DNA from: Euprymna scolopes
Taxonomy: Eukaryota
Direction: 5' to 3' (one strand)
Assembly: GCA_053919585.1 (NCBI GenBank)
Contig: CM132817.1
DNA length: 64,000 nucleotides
How positions within the stretch are numbered: position 1 is the stretch's first letter; every line of letters begins with the position of its first letter. Shown one piece after another: positions 11,546 through 25,124 of the stretch. The position numbers were made by a program, and so were the translations under genes. The notes under the pieces are model-generated. The model made no database searches and was not told the origin of the DNA. It worked only from the letters and a program-made list of their open reading frames with translations.

Positions 11546-12166
11546 GAAAAAATATTATAAAAACGTTTTGTAAAACAAAAATAAGATTTAAATATTTTTT
11601 AAAGGTTTTTGAATCAACTAAACTAACCTTTTTATGTTTAAATAAGATATAGGATGATTTGTTAAGAATATGCAAAAATATTGAAATATAATTATTTGAA
11701 TTTCAAATAATCTCATTTTTGTTACTAGTATGGATGACCGTGGCATGGAGGACTATAAGATATTTCAAAGTATGGAAACATAAATGTGTCTAAATATTTA
11801 TTTAAGCATTTCTATGAATTTTAAAATTTTAATGTAACCAAACAAGTAAATACTTTTTTGTTTTAATAATTGAATTAAATTATAATTCAAAATGCCATTT
11901 ATGGTAAAATACCTTTTATATTATGTTATTCTTAGTTTTATACCTTTTTTTGTATTCATTGTTGGCCACCTTACATTACGCTAACTCACGTAAACAACAA
12001 AACTCTATTTTGGACAACTTACATAGTTCATGTAATACACTCTGCTGTTCCTTCCAACTTTAATTAAATTCGAAAAAACTATTTAAAAAAACGTTGATCA
12101 ATAAGTGCACGAGCACCAAATTTTTCTGTATATAAAATTTTTATTGCTCAAATACCTCATTGCATA

Positions 12167-12672
12167 TCTATAATAGTGAGAATGTGCGTGTGGAGATACT
12201 TCTCAACCTATATACTCAAAAATATTTTGATCTACAGACTTGAAAATTTGGTATATAGGGTATTCAGACATGTGGGAAACTTTTTAATGTTTTCATCCAG
12301 AAAAAAAGAGCTACTAAGGGGTCAAAATTGAAAAATCAATACCTGGGGGGGGGGAGGATCAGATTTTTGTCTGTTTTCAACTGTTTCACGAATGTGCATG
12401 CATAAATCGTTCACATGACAGATTCCTTATGTTAAGAATAAGTAGGTTTGAAAACACGTTTAAAGATTGTGTCAAGCTAGCCTACTGATTATCGTATTTG
12501 ACTCATTGTCTTTAGATTTTGATTTCGATTTCAGCTTGAGTATTTTTTTTTTTTTTCTTACTAGTTAACGGTTTAGAAAAATGTTCGCATGGACATGTCT
12601 CGGTTTCTGTATTAATTAAAATATAATATTTATGTGTATTTTATGACTGAGCAACACTGGGTGGCCTGCTAG
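12167..12672 (+). mobile_element. Non-autonomous Helitron
   Basis: A|TCTATAATA 5' end; 3' gagcaacactgggtggcctg CTAG|T. Confidence 0.7.
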
Positions 12673-14261
12673 TTTTATATAAATATGAGTTTTAAGTAGG
12701 ATAGTCATGGTATAAATTTTTATGATGAATGGAGTGAAAGATTGTCAAGTATAATTGAGATATGTTGATGAATGACGGTCATAAATTAAATCCTCTAAGT
12801 TAGAATAATCTGCAGCAGTTTTTTGGGTTTTTTTTTTTTTTTTAAATTTTTTACATTTGTTTTGACTCTTAGCATTTTCCAAGTCTTTCAGCAATCTACA
12901 TGTATGCTTTTTTTTTTTTTTTTTTTTTTGAGGGGGGGGGGGCCCACTGAACAAGGCCCGAAGACCACTCGAGGATAAGAGTTAATAAATGTAAGGTGGT
13001 AGTTTAGTAATCGTTAATAGTGTAAATTAAGGAGAATTTAATCGTTTATAGGGACAGCACAACAAGAACTAAACTCATGGTAGAATCAACAGCAAATCTA
13101 GCGACAGCTTTTAACATGTTGGAATTTGTTGGACGACTTTTAGAAATTAACTTCAATATTAACTTACCTCTGACCAGGTCTTTATTTATCCTTCTTACTC
13201 TCAAGTGCATCCTTATAACTTACTTCCATGTTTTCTGTAGCCTTCTCCTGTGAACTGAACCTGCTACCTCAATTGTCCTATGTCTATTAACTCAAGAACT
13301 TTCATTCTTTCAACATGACTATACCACCAAAGTCTGTTCTGCACACATCTATTTTTTTTTTTAATACTTTTGCTTACCTCAAACAAGGCATATTACACTT
13401 TGGACATAAGGGGCTATTATTTGGGATCATATTTACAGGGAACTATTTAATAAGATGAGTGAGATGTTGATTTACATTATATCGAAAATCCTGCGTGTTG
13501 GTACAGTCAGGGAAGCATGGAGGAATTTTAAAGTCTAGCAATACATGGAAAAAACTACAGTAGAAGGCTTTTTGGTATCTATAGATCTTTACAGTGAAGG
13601 GGTTGGATTTTGTTGCTTGTCGGATTAGTCAAATATTTATGTTGAGAGAAAAGTGCTACGAGTTCATCAAAGCACATTCCATTAAAATACTTGTAAAACA
13701 GGCACAGGAATGCAACATTGCAGTGATTGGACAGAGGTTTGAGATTGGTTGATAGGTATTAGATTGGAAATTCATGTCCAAAAACAATGCCCTTTCTCCG
13801 TCAGTGGTATCCAATTCTATCAAGGGCTGTTATGTTTTAATTTTTTTTTTTTTTTTTTTTTTTTCACATGCAACATGTTGGAACAACTGCAAAGCATCTC
13901 TCTTCGATGTTTTCTTTCTGAAGTGTCTTTAATTGATTTATCCTTCATCAGTGGTATCCAGACTAATCGGTCTTCGTTCTGTTTTTCCCTCCGACATGTT
14001 GAGACAGCTGCGAAAAATTTCTTTTCAATGTTTTCTTTTTGAAGTTGCTTTAATAGATGCATGCTTTCTTGCCCCATGATGTTTAGTAATGAGTATATTC
14101 AACTTACAATATTCATCCTGTTCGTAGCGCCATGTAAAGTGGGAGAATATGTCCTTTCACTTTGTTGTTAAGATGTACACAAAAAACCGATGGCTGCCTC
14201 CATCTCTCTTTTTTTTTTTTATATTTTTATATATATATATATATAATTTTTTTTTTTTTTT

Positions 14262-17200
14262 ACATGGAGGCCCAGAAGCCACTCGGCGACAAGGGTTATT
14301 GTGTGTACAGTAATCAATGAGATAGTATCGTAGTAATAGTTAGTATTAGATTTGATAAAGTGTCATTACTTAAGGGGGCGGTTCATCAGGAATTTGCTTG
14401 TGTTGGACTTGAAGACATCTAAGTTGAAGTCTGGAGTGAAACAGGCAAGCGGCAGAGAGTTCCATAGGCGTGCAGTTCTAAGAAAGAAGCTTTGTTCTTG
14501 GAATCTACGTTTTGATTTAGGGACGGATGAAATGTGGGAAAAATTGACAGTGGTTTCAACTAGTCGGATGTTTTTCGTGAAAGATTGGCGAGGGGGGACC
14601 AGAGAATGGAGCTCAGATGAGCACTTGCCATGGAAATAACGATAAAACAGACAGGCTCGCAACGTCTCTTCTGTGGGAGAGAGGTTGCAGGGAAGAGAAA
14701 AGGGCATCCCCCACCAAGCCACAAAGTCTATTTTGTACTCTGTCAAGGCAGGATAGGCTGTTTTTAGCAGCTCCTGCCCAGATGTGGCAGCAGTACTCCA
14801 TCCTTGGACGTACTTGGCTTTTATATAGATAGAGAATTGCATCGTTAGTGAGATATCTTCTGGAGCAGTAGAAGGATCCCACCATTTTCCCAGTAACCTT
14901 GGCCACAGACTTGATATATGTGTTCCATTTCAGATCAGGAGTAAAGGTCAAACCCAGAAGCTTATCAAAACATGGGGCCTCCCCTAGATGAGAGCCATCC
15001 ATTTCAGTTGATGCCAGATGGAGATCAGAGCGTTTATGATGTAATGATTGGAGCTTGGTCTTAGATGCATTAAAGGTAACAAGCCACCTCTTCCTCCCCA
15101 CTGTATCACACGCTCAAGATCTAAGGAGAGAGAATCAGAGAACATTGTCATTTACGGCCTTTGATGTGTTGCCATAGATAGTTGTGTCATCAACATAGAT
15201 GTCGACGAATGATTTTAGTATGTGTTTTGGGAGATCATTGATGTAGATCAGGAAAAGAGTTGGGCCCAGGATGGACCCCTGAGGGACTCCAGCATTAATA
15301 CTGTGGGCCTCTGATTTTTGCCCATCAACCACTACTCTTATGAGCCTATCAGAGAGAAATGATTTAATGATTGAGAAAACATTTCCAGTTATATCATAGC
15401 TGGAAATCTTGTGAAGTAGGCCTTTATGCCATACCTTATCGAAGGCCTTTGATATGTCAAGAGCAATTGCCCTAGAAATTAAGCCTTTTTCAAGAGATCC
15501 GCTAATCCTATGAGATATAACTGTTAGCACGTCTGCTGTAGATCTAACGGAACGGAAACCATATTGCGTGTCACTAAGAAGGTTATTTCTGCTGAGGTGG
15601 TTGACTACTCTTCTATTTAATATGGATTCCACCAACTTATGACACACAGGAGACTCAATGGTCTGTACTGAGAGGGAGATGACTTATCACCTGAATTTTT
15701 AAATACAGGGCATACTGATGTTTTCCAGGGTGTTGGAAAGCACTTCTCCTTAAGGCAATGCTTAAACAGTTTGGTAAGTATGGGGGCAAGTTCTGGTTGT
15801 AGCTTTTTTAACACTATAATTGGAATTCCGTCAGGACCAGTTGCTTTACTGGAATCAAGGTTCTTGATTAGCTTGGCGACCTCATGCACAGATATTTGTA
15901 TGTTACCTAGCGTGTTGTGTGTTATAGGAGGAAATACGGGGAGTTGATGGCTTTTGTCGCATAGGGTAGAATTTGCTGCAAATTCATGGCAAATAGTTTG
16001 GCCTTGTCGGATGCTGGCGAGATGACCTCTGGTCCATTGATAATGGTTGGGATCGAACACACGCTTCTGTTCAGGATCCTATTTGCTATTTGCCAGAACT
16101 GGTGGGAACCAAGCCGCTGCTTAGCTACTTTGGATTTAACGGATTGAGCATATAGCTCTCTTGCATTTTTTATTACTCTTTTACAGTGGTTGCTGGCAAT
16201 CCTGAAAGCACCTTTAGTCTCAGTGCATCTATTACATTGGTAGCTATGGAAAAAGTGATTTCTGTGCGCAATGGCAGCAGCACATTCAGGGGAGAACCCT
16301 GGCTGGCTGTTAGGTTTTGTTGGGATTTTTTGGATGGTATGAATTGGCCTATGCCTACAAGTAACCATTCGGTCAGGTCTGATACTATAGAGGACACATC
16401 CTTTTTAAACATGGAATGGAGAGGTAGATCAGATATAAATGTACGGAAGCTATCCCAGTCAGCCATAGAGTATCGATATACAGTATGGTGGAGAGGTACG
16501 TCTGTAGACTCATTATATTTCATTTTTATCTTAACTGATACAACTGAGTGGTTGGAGGATCCCAGAGGAGATAGAACGGAACATGAGCATAGCTCAGGGG
16601 AAGTGGAGAGAAAGAGGTCTAGAAGGCTTGCATACTGACCGGTAGTATCGGGCACACGGGTGGGCTCGCGAACAATCTGAGTGAGGTCATAGGCAATGGC
16701 AAAATCATTACAGAACCTCCCCTCATCATCAGTCTTATTTGAGTGGGTCAGCCATTCCACATTATGAACATTGAAGTCACCGCAAATGTGAATGTTAGCC
16801 AAGGGATGAGCAGACAGGATGTGGTCAATTTTCTCCGATATACTCTTAAAGATAGTAACTCCGCTGTCGTGGGGGGCGATAGAGGGCAAATATAAATGCG
16901 GTGGTGTAAGCAAATGCAACCCGGAAGCACATATAAGGTAAATTAGGGTCTTCTCTGGAGATATCTCTGCCACACGGGAAGCCATCTTTAATGTAGGCAC
17001 ATATTCCATGCCCATGGCGATCTTGGGGATCAGATTTAGATGTTAAGTTAGAGTATCCTTTAATTATGAACTCATCTAGGGAGGTGGTCGGCCCTATTCC
17101 AGTTTCGCTTAGAAAGAATATGTCCGGTTTCATCTCCTGTAATTGTGTTTCAACCTCTGGAAGGTTGGAACATAGACCCCTGACGTTGGAGAAGGAGACA

Positions 17201-17790
17201 TGGTAGTAGGGGTCTACATTGGAGGATAGGGTTCTAGGTTTATTCGTGTTTTTTTGAAATATTTCATGTTGAGGATTTTGGGATTTGTGGAACAGATCAG
17301 CATACTAGGTTAGAGCAGAACAGAGAGGGAAAGTAAGTAAGAAAAGATGGGAATTTTTTTTTTTTTTTTTTGTAGCACATAAGGTAAAGCCGTAACCCAC
17401 TAGTATGGCATCGAGAGGCCCCACCAGAGACTATTGCATGGTCTAGAATCCATTCACCAAATGGCAATACAGCAGCCCCAGTACTTTGCACCTGCTGATA
17501 GGACAGCCACCTTAGTGGTTAATCCAAGGTTCCGGTCCCTGACTATCAGGCAGTTAACGTCAGCCCAGATGAAAACGTTTACCTCCAGCACCCTTACTAG
17601 TGACATGGGCGCAAGGATAGACAAAGAAAATTTCCGGCATCTCAGACTACTGTTCACGAAGTACTACCAACCTGGGAAGCAGCTTTTTCTTCACCCTTTG
17701 TTAGAAGCATCACTTATTGGAAATGAGGACTGAGGGACAAAAAAGGAGAAGCGAGAATTACTGGATCTGCTGATAACACATCCACTGCAT
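14262..17790 (-). mobile_element. Near full-length CR1-group LINE (APE endonuclease + RT), frameshifted
   Basis: APE motifs NVRGL, FLSET, GDFNVH, LDLF, S.H; RT motifs LDISKAFDKV, GVPQGSILGP, YVDD; C-terminal RPRMEYCCHIWAG; poly(A) tail at 14247-14261. 5' boundary approximate. Confidence 0.92.
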
Positions 17791-18641
17791 TATCTACTCT
17801 CCATTAAAAAAAAAAAAAAAGGTAACAGGTACTTATTAATATCTACGCAGTATAAGTCCTTTGCCCCATTCCCAGTTTAGGATAGTACTTGAAGATAGTT
17901 TCCCCTCCCATGTTAATCCGTGGAAGTTTTTTTTTTTTTTTTTTTGCTTTAGATACCTCGAGGTCGAACCTTTGAGCTTCACCTTATAATTAAGTTCCAA
18001 TAATGGAAATTGTGAAGTCGGCTTATGTTTAGGGGGGGGGGACCCTGTTTTCCCGGAAAATCCGTTCTGTTATTCTTTTACTCATATCATGTTTAATGCT
18101 TGTGCAAAAATTCCAAGGCATAGTTATTGAGAAAAGTGTGGACAGACGATTGGACAAGGGTGGATTTACAGGTTTACCCTCCTTTTGTCGGGAGACCAAG
18201 AAAAATCAAAATAGTGAAATTGTTTTTTGCTGTAATATAATTAGCCACTGAAATTACAAAGCAACCCTGTAAAAAATTAAAAGTCCATAATAGATGTACA
18301 GGAACCTCAAAACTAATAGTTATGAGACAACCTCCTAATCCACTGGGCTACACTGCTTATTACAAAATCACGTTGAAAATTCTTGTGGTTAAACGAATTC
18401 AGAGGACGGTGCTTGAGGCGCAGTTGCTGAAATCGTTTAGAAAGAAAAGATTTTATGCGACTCCCATTTGATATAAAACTATTTCAATACAAAATTATTG
18501 ACCTTTTTTCCAATTTTTACATATTTGTCTGAGAGATTGATCTTTCTAACGATGCCAAGTTGGTGCCTGTACGATACACATGACAAAAGTTTTTAGCATT
18601 CATACAAACACGCAAAAAACAACTTTCCTTTGTATAATAGA

Positions 18642-19030
18642 CTAGCCTGAGTGCCCGGTGGTAGGCAGGCAGGCTCGAACCCATACTGCAAAGTAGGAAA
18701 AGAACTTAAAAAAAAAAACGTGATGTGCTTGCTGTTGCGTCCATCGCCAAACCAGAAGTGACATAGGTTTAAATTAAGGCTAGATCATTGAAAAAATGGG
18801 ATGACTTTCGAAAATATCGGTGAAAAAAGCGACCGCTTCCTAGAGAAAAATGCCCAGTGAAATGAATTAATGTTTTTGGCCAATTTTTCGATATTTGTTG
18901 TCCGAAGGGTCGAGCTTCAAAACGATACCAATTTTGTGAAAATCTGTCGTCTCTGTCGAAAGTTTTAGGCAAACATGCAAACATACATACATACATTTAA
19001 ACAGACAGGCGAGATTTATATAATAGAAGA
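18642..19030 (-). mobile_element. Non-autonomous Helitron
   Basis: CTAG terminus and TC start on the minus strand; homologous to 27229-27674. Confidence 0.72.
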
Positions 19031-19414
19031 TTCACAATTATTTGTGACTTTGATAAAAAAAAAAAAAAAAAACATTAAATCTCCTCCGGCAATATCTTCT
19101 ATGTCCAATCTTAATGAGTTAATAACATAATTAGAACTCGGATGCTTTATAAGATGGTAGTTCAAATTAGTCAATTAATGTTTGACCTTCAATAAATACT
19201 AGGTTCAGGTAAATATTGACTTGTTCGCATGCAATGCTACCATTTGCATCTTTTTTTTTTTTTTTTACTTTTTATTTGTTACAAAAGAGAATTTGCTTTT
19301 AAAATAATTTGGGTTAAAAGGAAAAAAAAAAGGCTGATTTAACAACCCTGCAAAAACCTGGTATGTAAACAATGTGTGATGAAACAAAGTCTTGCCGTGA
19401 ATTATACTAGACTA

Positions 19415-20103
19415 CTAGACTACCCGTGACCCGTTGGGTCAGTATGTTATATTAGCTATGGAATTCATGTATGACACTTGTGATGTAAAGGAAATAGTTA
19501 TTTTGGACATAACAGAAACATTTCTATGAAAGTATATTAAAATGAACAAAGAATATAGATTTCTATGAGTTGTTCTGTTTATTATAATTGATTATTTTTT
19601 ATTTTTTTTAAATTTACAGTTACTGAATTATAAGTGGTTGGCCATACTTAAAGGTAAATGTGCACTGAACAGATACCATAATACTTATTATAGTTAAATT
19701 CAAATTTTGATATATCTGCTTTTTTTTTTTTTTTTACATCGTTCATTTCTGTATTACGTTTAAGTTATTTTAAATCCCACTCTTCCCATGTTAAATAATT
19801 TCGAAATAATAACGTTAATATTTCAGCGTGCCAATTGTTCTTTTGTTTTTTTCGCGTTTAAATTATCCAAATAAACAATTGTTAATACTGTCTATTTTTT
19901 TTTATTTTTTTTTTTTACATTGTTCATTTCTGTATTACATTTAAGTTATTTTAAACCCAACTCTTCCCATCTTAAATAATAATTTCGAAATAATAACGTA
20001 ATAATTTCAGTGCGCAGGTTATGATGCGCAACCGGATGCCATAAACCGGAAACTGGGTTACATACATCGTTACAAGGTCATTTGAGTTTTATAATTAAAT
20101 AGA
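19415..20103 (-). mobile_element. Non-autonomous Helitron with an internal ~180-bp tandem duplication
   Basis: ctag + gacccgttgggtc hairpin; 19735-19830 repeated at 19915-20010. Confidence 0.62.
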
Positions 20104-20519
20104 TAATTTATTATTATTTAAATTTCTTATTATTAATAATTTATTATTAACAACTTTTTTTTTTTTTTATAAATAACTAGTAGGCTCCCCGGCATTGCCA
20201 GGTCATAAAATATGCTTAAATATATTTTGATTAATGCAGATTTTATATTTATTATTATATTATATTGAACCCAGTATGCAGTAATGATTTAAAAATTAAA
20301 AAAAAAAAAAAAAAGACTTGTGCACCACAACTGAGAATTGAAACCAAAACGTATAGCTTACGATTTATTTTTTCTTTTGATGTTAATTACCGAGCTATGA
20401 AGACATGTTTGCTGCAAGGCTAAAAATTAAAACACAAACCATTATGTTACGCATGCATGTTCGTAATGCTGTCGTTCGACCTTCACCTGGAAAATTATTT
20501 CTTTAATTTCCACACTTAG

Positions 20520-20556
<37 letters not shown>

Positions 20557-21212
20557 GGGAGATAACTGCCTTGTTAATTTCTATTAGAGGGGAGGGATCA
20601 CTGCCTGATTAATTACTGTTATCAGGGGAGAGAACCGCCTTGTTAATTCCTGTTATAACGGGTAGATAACTGCAATGTTAATTCCTGTTATCAGAGGAGG
20701 TGACTGCCTTATTAATTCCTGTTATCAGGTGAGGGAGTTAACTGCCTGGTTAATTCCTGTTATAGAGGGGAGATGACTGTTAAATCATGTTATCTGGTGA
20801 GATCACCACCTTGTTAATTCCTGTTATCAGGGAAGATGACTTCCCCATTAATTCCTGTTATCAGGGGAGATGACTGCCTTATTAATTCCTGTTATCAGAG
20901 GACATGACTGCCTTGTTAATTCCTGTTATCAGGTGAGGGAGATGACTGTTTGTTAATTCCTGTTATCGGGTGAGGGAGATGACTGTTTGTTAATTCCTCT
21001 TATCGGGAGAGAGGGATCACCGTCTGGTTAATTCCTGTTATCGAGGGGAGATCAGTTCCTGGTTAATTCCTGTTATCAGGGGAGATGACTGCCTTGTTAA
21101 ATCTTGTTATCGGGTAAGATCACCACCTTGTTAATTCTTTTTATCAGGGGAGATGACTGCTTTGTTAATTCCTTTTATCAGGGGAAATCACTTCCTGGTT
21201 AATTCCTGTTAT
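20557..21212. repeat. Minisatellite, ~32-35 bp unit (ggagatgactgccttgttaattcctgttatcagg), about 20 copies, after (TA)n
   Basis: Visible tandem periodicity. Confidence 0.92.
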
Positions 21213-21384
21213 GACCTTCTTACCTATACAGGTCGCTGTTTTGAAATTATAGAAAGAGAAAAAGACTTCATTCTTGATTGAAAGTTAAAATTGAATACAA
21301 CAGAGAGAAAAAGGAATATTTTTTTATTTTCCAAATGATGCCATATACTTTGTATAGTTTCTTGATTGTTCCATACTGAAATTT

Positions 21385-21726
21385 GGCCCTGTCAGTGGGG
21401 CATTAGAATACGCCGACTACCCCCCTGCAGAGGGTAAAAGTCCCTCAATGGGGGTCCTGGATATGACCTTAAACTATATCCAGTGGTTAGGCCCCAGCTT
21501 GTGGGCTTTGGGGAGTGTGGAGCCACCCTTTAATTACCATTGCTCCCAGGTCCACTCTGACCCGGAGTGGTAGTACCTGTTAGGGTCCCAACTATAGGTT
21601 AAATAGAAAACGACGTGAAAACAACAAATATATTCTATTAAAAAAATTTTTCTTCAAAATCTTTGGATTCGGCATTAAATAACCCGAAAAGAGTTGATAT
21701 GCCGTAAAACAAAAACAACCAACCAA
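21385..21726 (+). mobile_element. SINE-like retroposon with (CAAC)n tail and 14-bp TSD
   Basis: TSD ccatactgaaattt at 21371-21384 and 21727-21740; near-identical copy at 51016-51358. Confidence 0.9.
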
Positions 21727-23279
21727 CCATACTGAAATTTAGGCAAATATGTACACTGACCCAAAAGCAGTTGATTTTTCAGAGGTTTTAATTGTGATTT
21801 TTGGATTTATTATGCAAATAAAAACTTGTCTACTAATCTTTAACGTTCTTGATAATCTAGAACTTATTTTCTGTACAAAAAATGTTATTTTCTAATGACA
21901 CGATTTTGACTTGACATGAAATTACCCAGCAATTTATCAGAGGTGGAGTGAGTGGGCATATGGTTAAAAAAAAGTGTTAAACTGAAAGAATTTCATAATT
22001 TCAACAAACTTTAGTAAATTTATTGATTAACATGCTCATCTAAATCACTCCTTATCTGCCTAAAAGAGATTCTCCTTAAAAATTTGGCAGAAAAAAAAAT
22101 GAAAAAAAAATTGTTAAATATAGAGTGGAGGATCAGTTTCATATATAAACTTAACATAAAGTTCATTTTGAAGTAAAGCTAACATTAGGGCAATTACCTA
22201 ATATATTTTTACCACAAACCCATTTCTTGCCTTTGTATTTATACATTTTTCTTTGACGTCCAACTGTAAAGGTCATAAAACCTCAAAAAATATGAATCCT
22301 CCTAAAAAAAAATACACACTAGCAAAAGAAAAAAATTGTTTGTCATAAAATGCTAGAATGGTCTACATGAAATTGTAGATGCAAAACCAACGTCAAACTC
22401 TAAATTCTAAAATAATTTTGTTCTTGATTTTCCTTTCCAGCATGTTTTGCAGGGTATTCACATATAATCACCTGAAATGAGTTGAATCTCAATTTTTTTT
22501 TTTGGGGGGGGGGGGGCACATAATTGCTTTAAAATATATCCTCTTCCATTCCCCCCCCCCCAAAAAAAATGAATGCAGTTGTTTAGCTTCCATGGTATAA
22601 AAAGGAGTTAACAACCCTAACACACTAGACTGGCTCAGAAATAGGGGATCACTTTATATTAAATTTATGTACAAAACTGATCGCCTTACTCCAAAGTTTC
22701 TTTTATTTATTTATTTATTTTTTTTTTTTTTTTTTCTCAGTTCCACTAAGTTTTTCAGGATTTTTACATGTAAGTGCCTTTAAAAAAAGTGGAATTTTTA
22801 TTTTGGGAGAGGGGGATGAAATGTTTAGCAAAAGAAATTAATCTAAAATTATATCAAAATATGTATCTTTTTTTTTTCATAATTTGGACAGATCTGTAGA
22901 GGGATCATCTAAACTTTTGTTTTCATTTGTCAATGAGAATAGTGAAAATCAACCTTGTAAACATTAAACAATAAATTTATTCAGATGATTAAAGAGTTTA
23001 TTTTTCACAAAATGTAAAACTGCAAAAAAAAAAGTACTGGTACAGTTTTTGAATCAGACCAAACCAACCTCTACTGGCATTACCTCTAAAAAAATCTACA
23101 TGACAACAAACTGGTATCAAAATCCAAAAAAGACGTCATTTCTACATAAAAGCATAATGAGACGTTTAAAGCAAGAAAATCATCATATATTAGTTTTTAT
23201 GGAAGATTATTTTTCGATAAAAATAAAAAATTCTGAAAAATAAACTTTCCATTTTTTAAAACTTTTTCTTCTTTTGCAG

Positions 23280-23358
23280 GTTGAACAAATTATAACTGAA
23301 TATAAAGTCAGAGCTTTGTTGTATCATCCCGACAAGAATCCTAACGATGCTCAATCAG
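23280..23358 (+). CDS. DNAJC12: DNAJC12 exon 2, J-domain HPD motif (VEQIITEYKVRALLYHPDKNPNDAQS)
   Basis: cttttgcag acceptor, 79 nt, HPD tripeptide, GT donor (weak, gttttt), phase 1. Confidence 0.93.
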
Positions 23359-23534
23359 GTTTTTTTAATCATTTTTGTAGTTATTTCTAATTTCGTTTTG
23401 ATTTGAAATATAAGTGAAAGAGAAAAATTATGTCATAAAGTAGAAAGCATACGGATTAACAGTATTTTCATCTTTTGGTTACTTTGCAGTAACATCTAAA
23501 GTTGATTTTAGATACGATTATTAAGTGAGGTAAT

Positions 23535-24332
23535 AAAATTATTGGTAACATAAGTTGAGAAAGAGACTGGCCTTACTTTAAGAACATATCAGAAAAAAAT
23601 ATTGCACATACAAGTATTTATTCCATAGACAGCATTCAATCTGACTCTAAAGTAATACTCTGTTAATCACACTGAATAACCTACCTCATTTATGACGTTT
23701 GTAAATTTTTAAGATGAGGATTGGTTATCTGTATTATTTGGATTCATCGGACTAATGTTCTCATCTTGAGTGTCATTTTCACAATGTTTCAGTCGATGTA
23801 ACCTCCGACCTTCTTCAGGTTTATCTTGTTGGAATGTTTTTGTCGAACTCAGGGGATTTGGACAGAATTTCGAATGGAACCCTTCACAAGAGTAGCATGC
23901 TCTTGTTCCATTAGCCATGACTGGATAGATGTCCTAAGTAATTCGCAATTGTATTTTTTGGTCACCCACACTGAGAATTGAACCTTCAACCTTCAGGAGA
24001 ATATCCTTTTTACAATTGATTTTTCCAAGTACTCTAACTACTTCAACACCTGAAGAAGGTTGCAAATTACATCAACCGAACCATTGTGAAAATTACATTC
24101 CAGATGAGAACAGTAGTCCGATGAATCCAATTAATACAGATAACCAATCCTCATTTTAAAAATTTACCAACATCATAAATGAGGTAGGTTATTCAGTATG
24201 ATTAATAGAGTATTACTTTAAAGTCAGATTGAATGCTTTCTATGGACTAAATACTTGTATGTGCGACATTTTTTTCTGATATGTTTTTAAAGTAAGACCA
24301 GTCTTTTTTCAACTCTTGTTACCAATAATTTT
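23535..24332. mobile_element. tRNA-headed, hammerhead-tailed (Penelope-like) element with ~285-bp inverted arms
   Basis: Arms 23535-23820 and 24048-24332; CTGAAGA...GAAAC motifs in opposite orientations; B-box-like GGTTCAATTC on the minus strand at ~23980. Confidence 0.75.
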
Positions 24333-24749
24333 CTTCCTAGTAAAAAATATTTGATTCTCATTTGTCAGTTATTTTGGTAAATCTTTTTAGCATTTTGTTA
24401 AAAACAATAAAATGTAATTAGATTTGTTGCAAAGAAATACATTGATCAGCTCAGAATTATTTTCATCAAAATCTCATTTTTAAAAATGGGATGTAACTCT
24501 GTATTCATCTATATAGAGTTATTTCCCTTTGATTAGAACAGTAAAATATTTTGGACAAAAAATTGAATAGTTTAAACAAAACAAAAGCAAAACAAATTAT
24601 TAGTAAAGAAATACTACCAAGCAATACCGTGTGAGTTCAACTAGTAAGAAATAGTTTGAGTTTGATTCAAGTTGATGCTATAATGTTAGCAGATGTACAC
24701 TTGATGAAAGGGCCTGATATATAAAAGGAACCCGTTGTTAATGAAATTG

Positions 24750-24936
24750 GGTACTTATGCACTTATTGAACCATGCTGAAATAATAACATTATTTAGAAA
24801 GCCATTATTAACATTGGGAGGGGGGGTTGTAACTATTCTGTACATAAAAATTTAATAAAAAAAGATGTCGTAAAACTTTTATTTAACTTGAAAATCCTAT
24901 TTAAAAATAGCATTATTTAATAAGTGCACATGCACC
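24750..24936. mobile_element. Merlin-like MITE
   Basis: GGTAC...GCACC termini, 8-bp TSD tgaaattg/ggaaattg; partial copies near 12060-12117 and 54737-54880. Confidence 0.78.
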
Positions 24937-25124
24937 GGAAATTGGAAATTCAAAAAGCAAATTATATGAAATATAATTACAGTTTAAATCGTCATTTTTA
25001 ACTATTTCATGAATATCCAAGTTTGTTGAGAAACGAATCCAGATAATGTATTCACTTTTGCCCACCACGAAACACAAATGATGACATTCGGAAATTTTTG
25101 CAATTCCCCTGAATTAGTATAATT

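Noticed and set aside
16186-16638. Plus-strand ORFs over LINEs (also 14352-14639, 33279-33668, 50057-50263)
   Set aside because: Antisense shadows of CR1 ORF2.
20557-21212. CRISPR-like periodicity
   Set aside because: Eukaryotic intron; units are contiguous variants of one monomer with no unique spacers and no cas genes.
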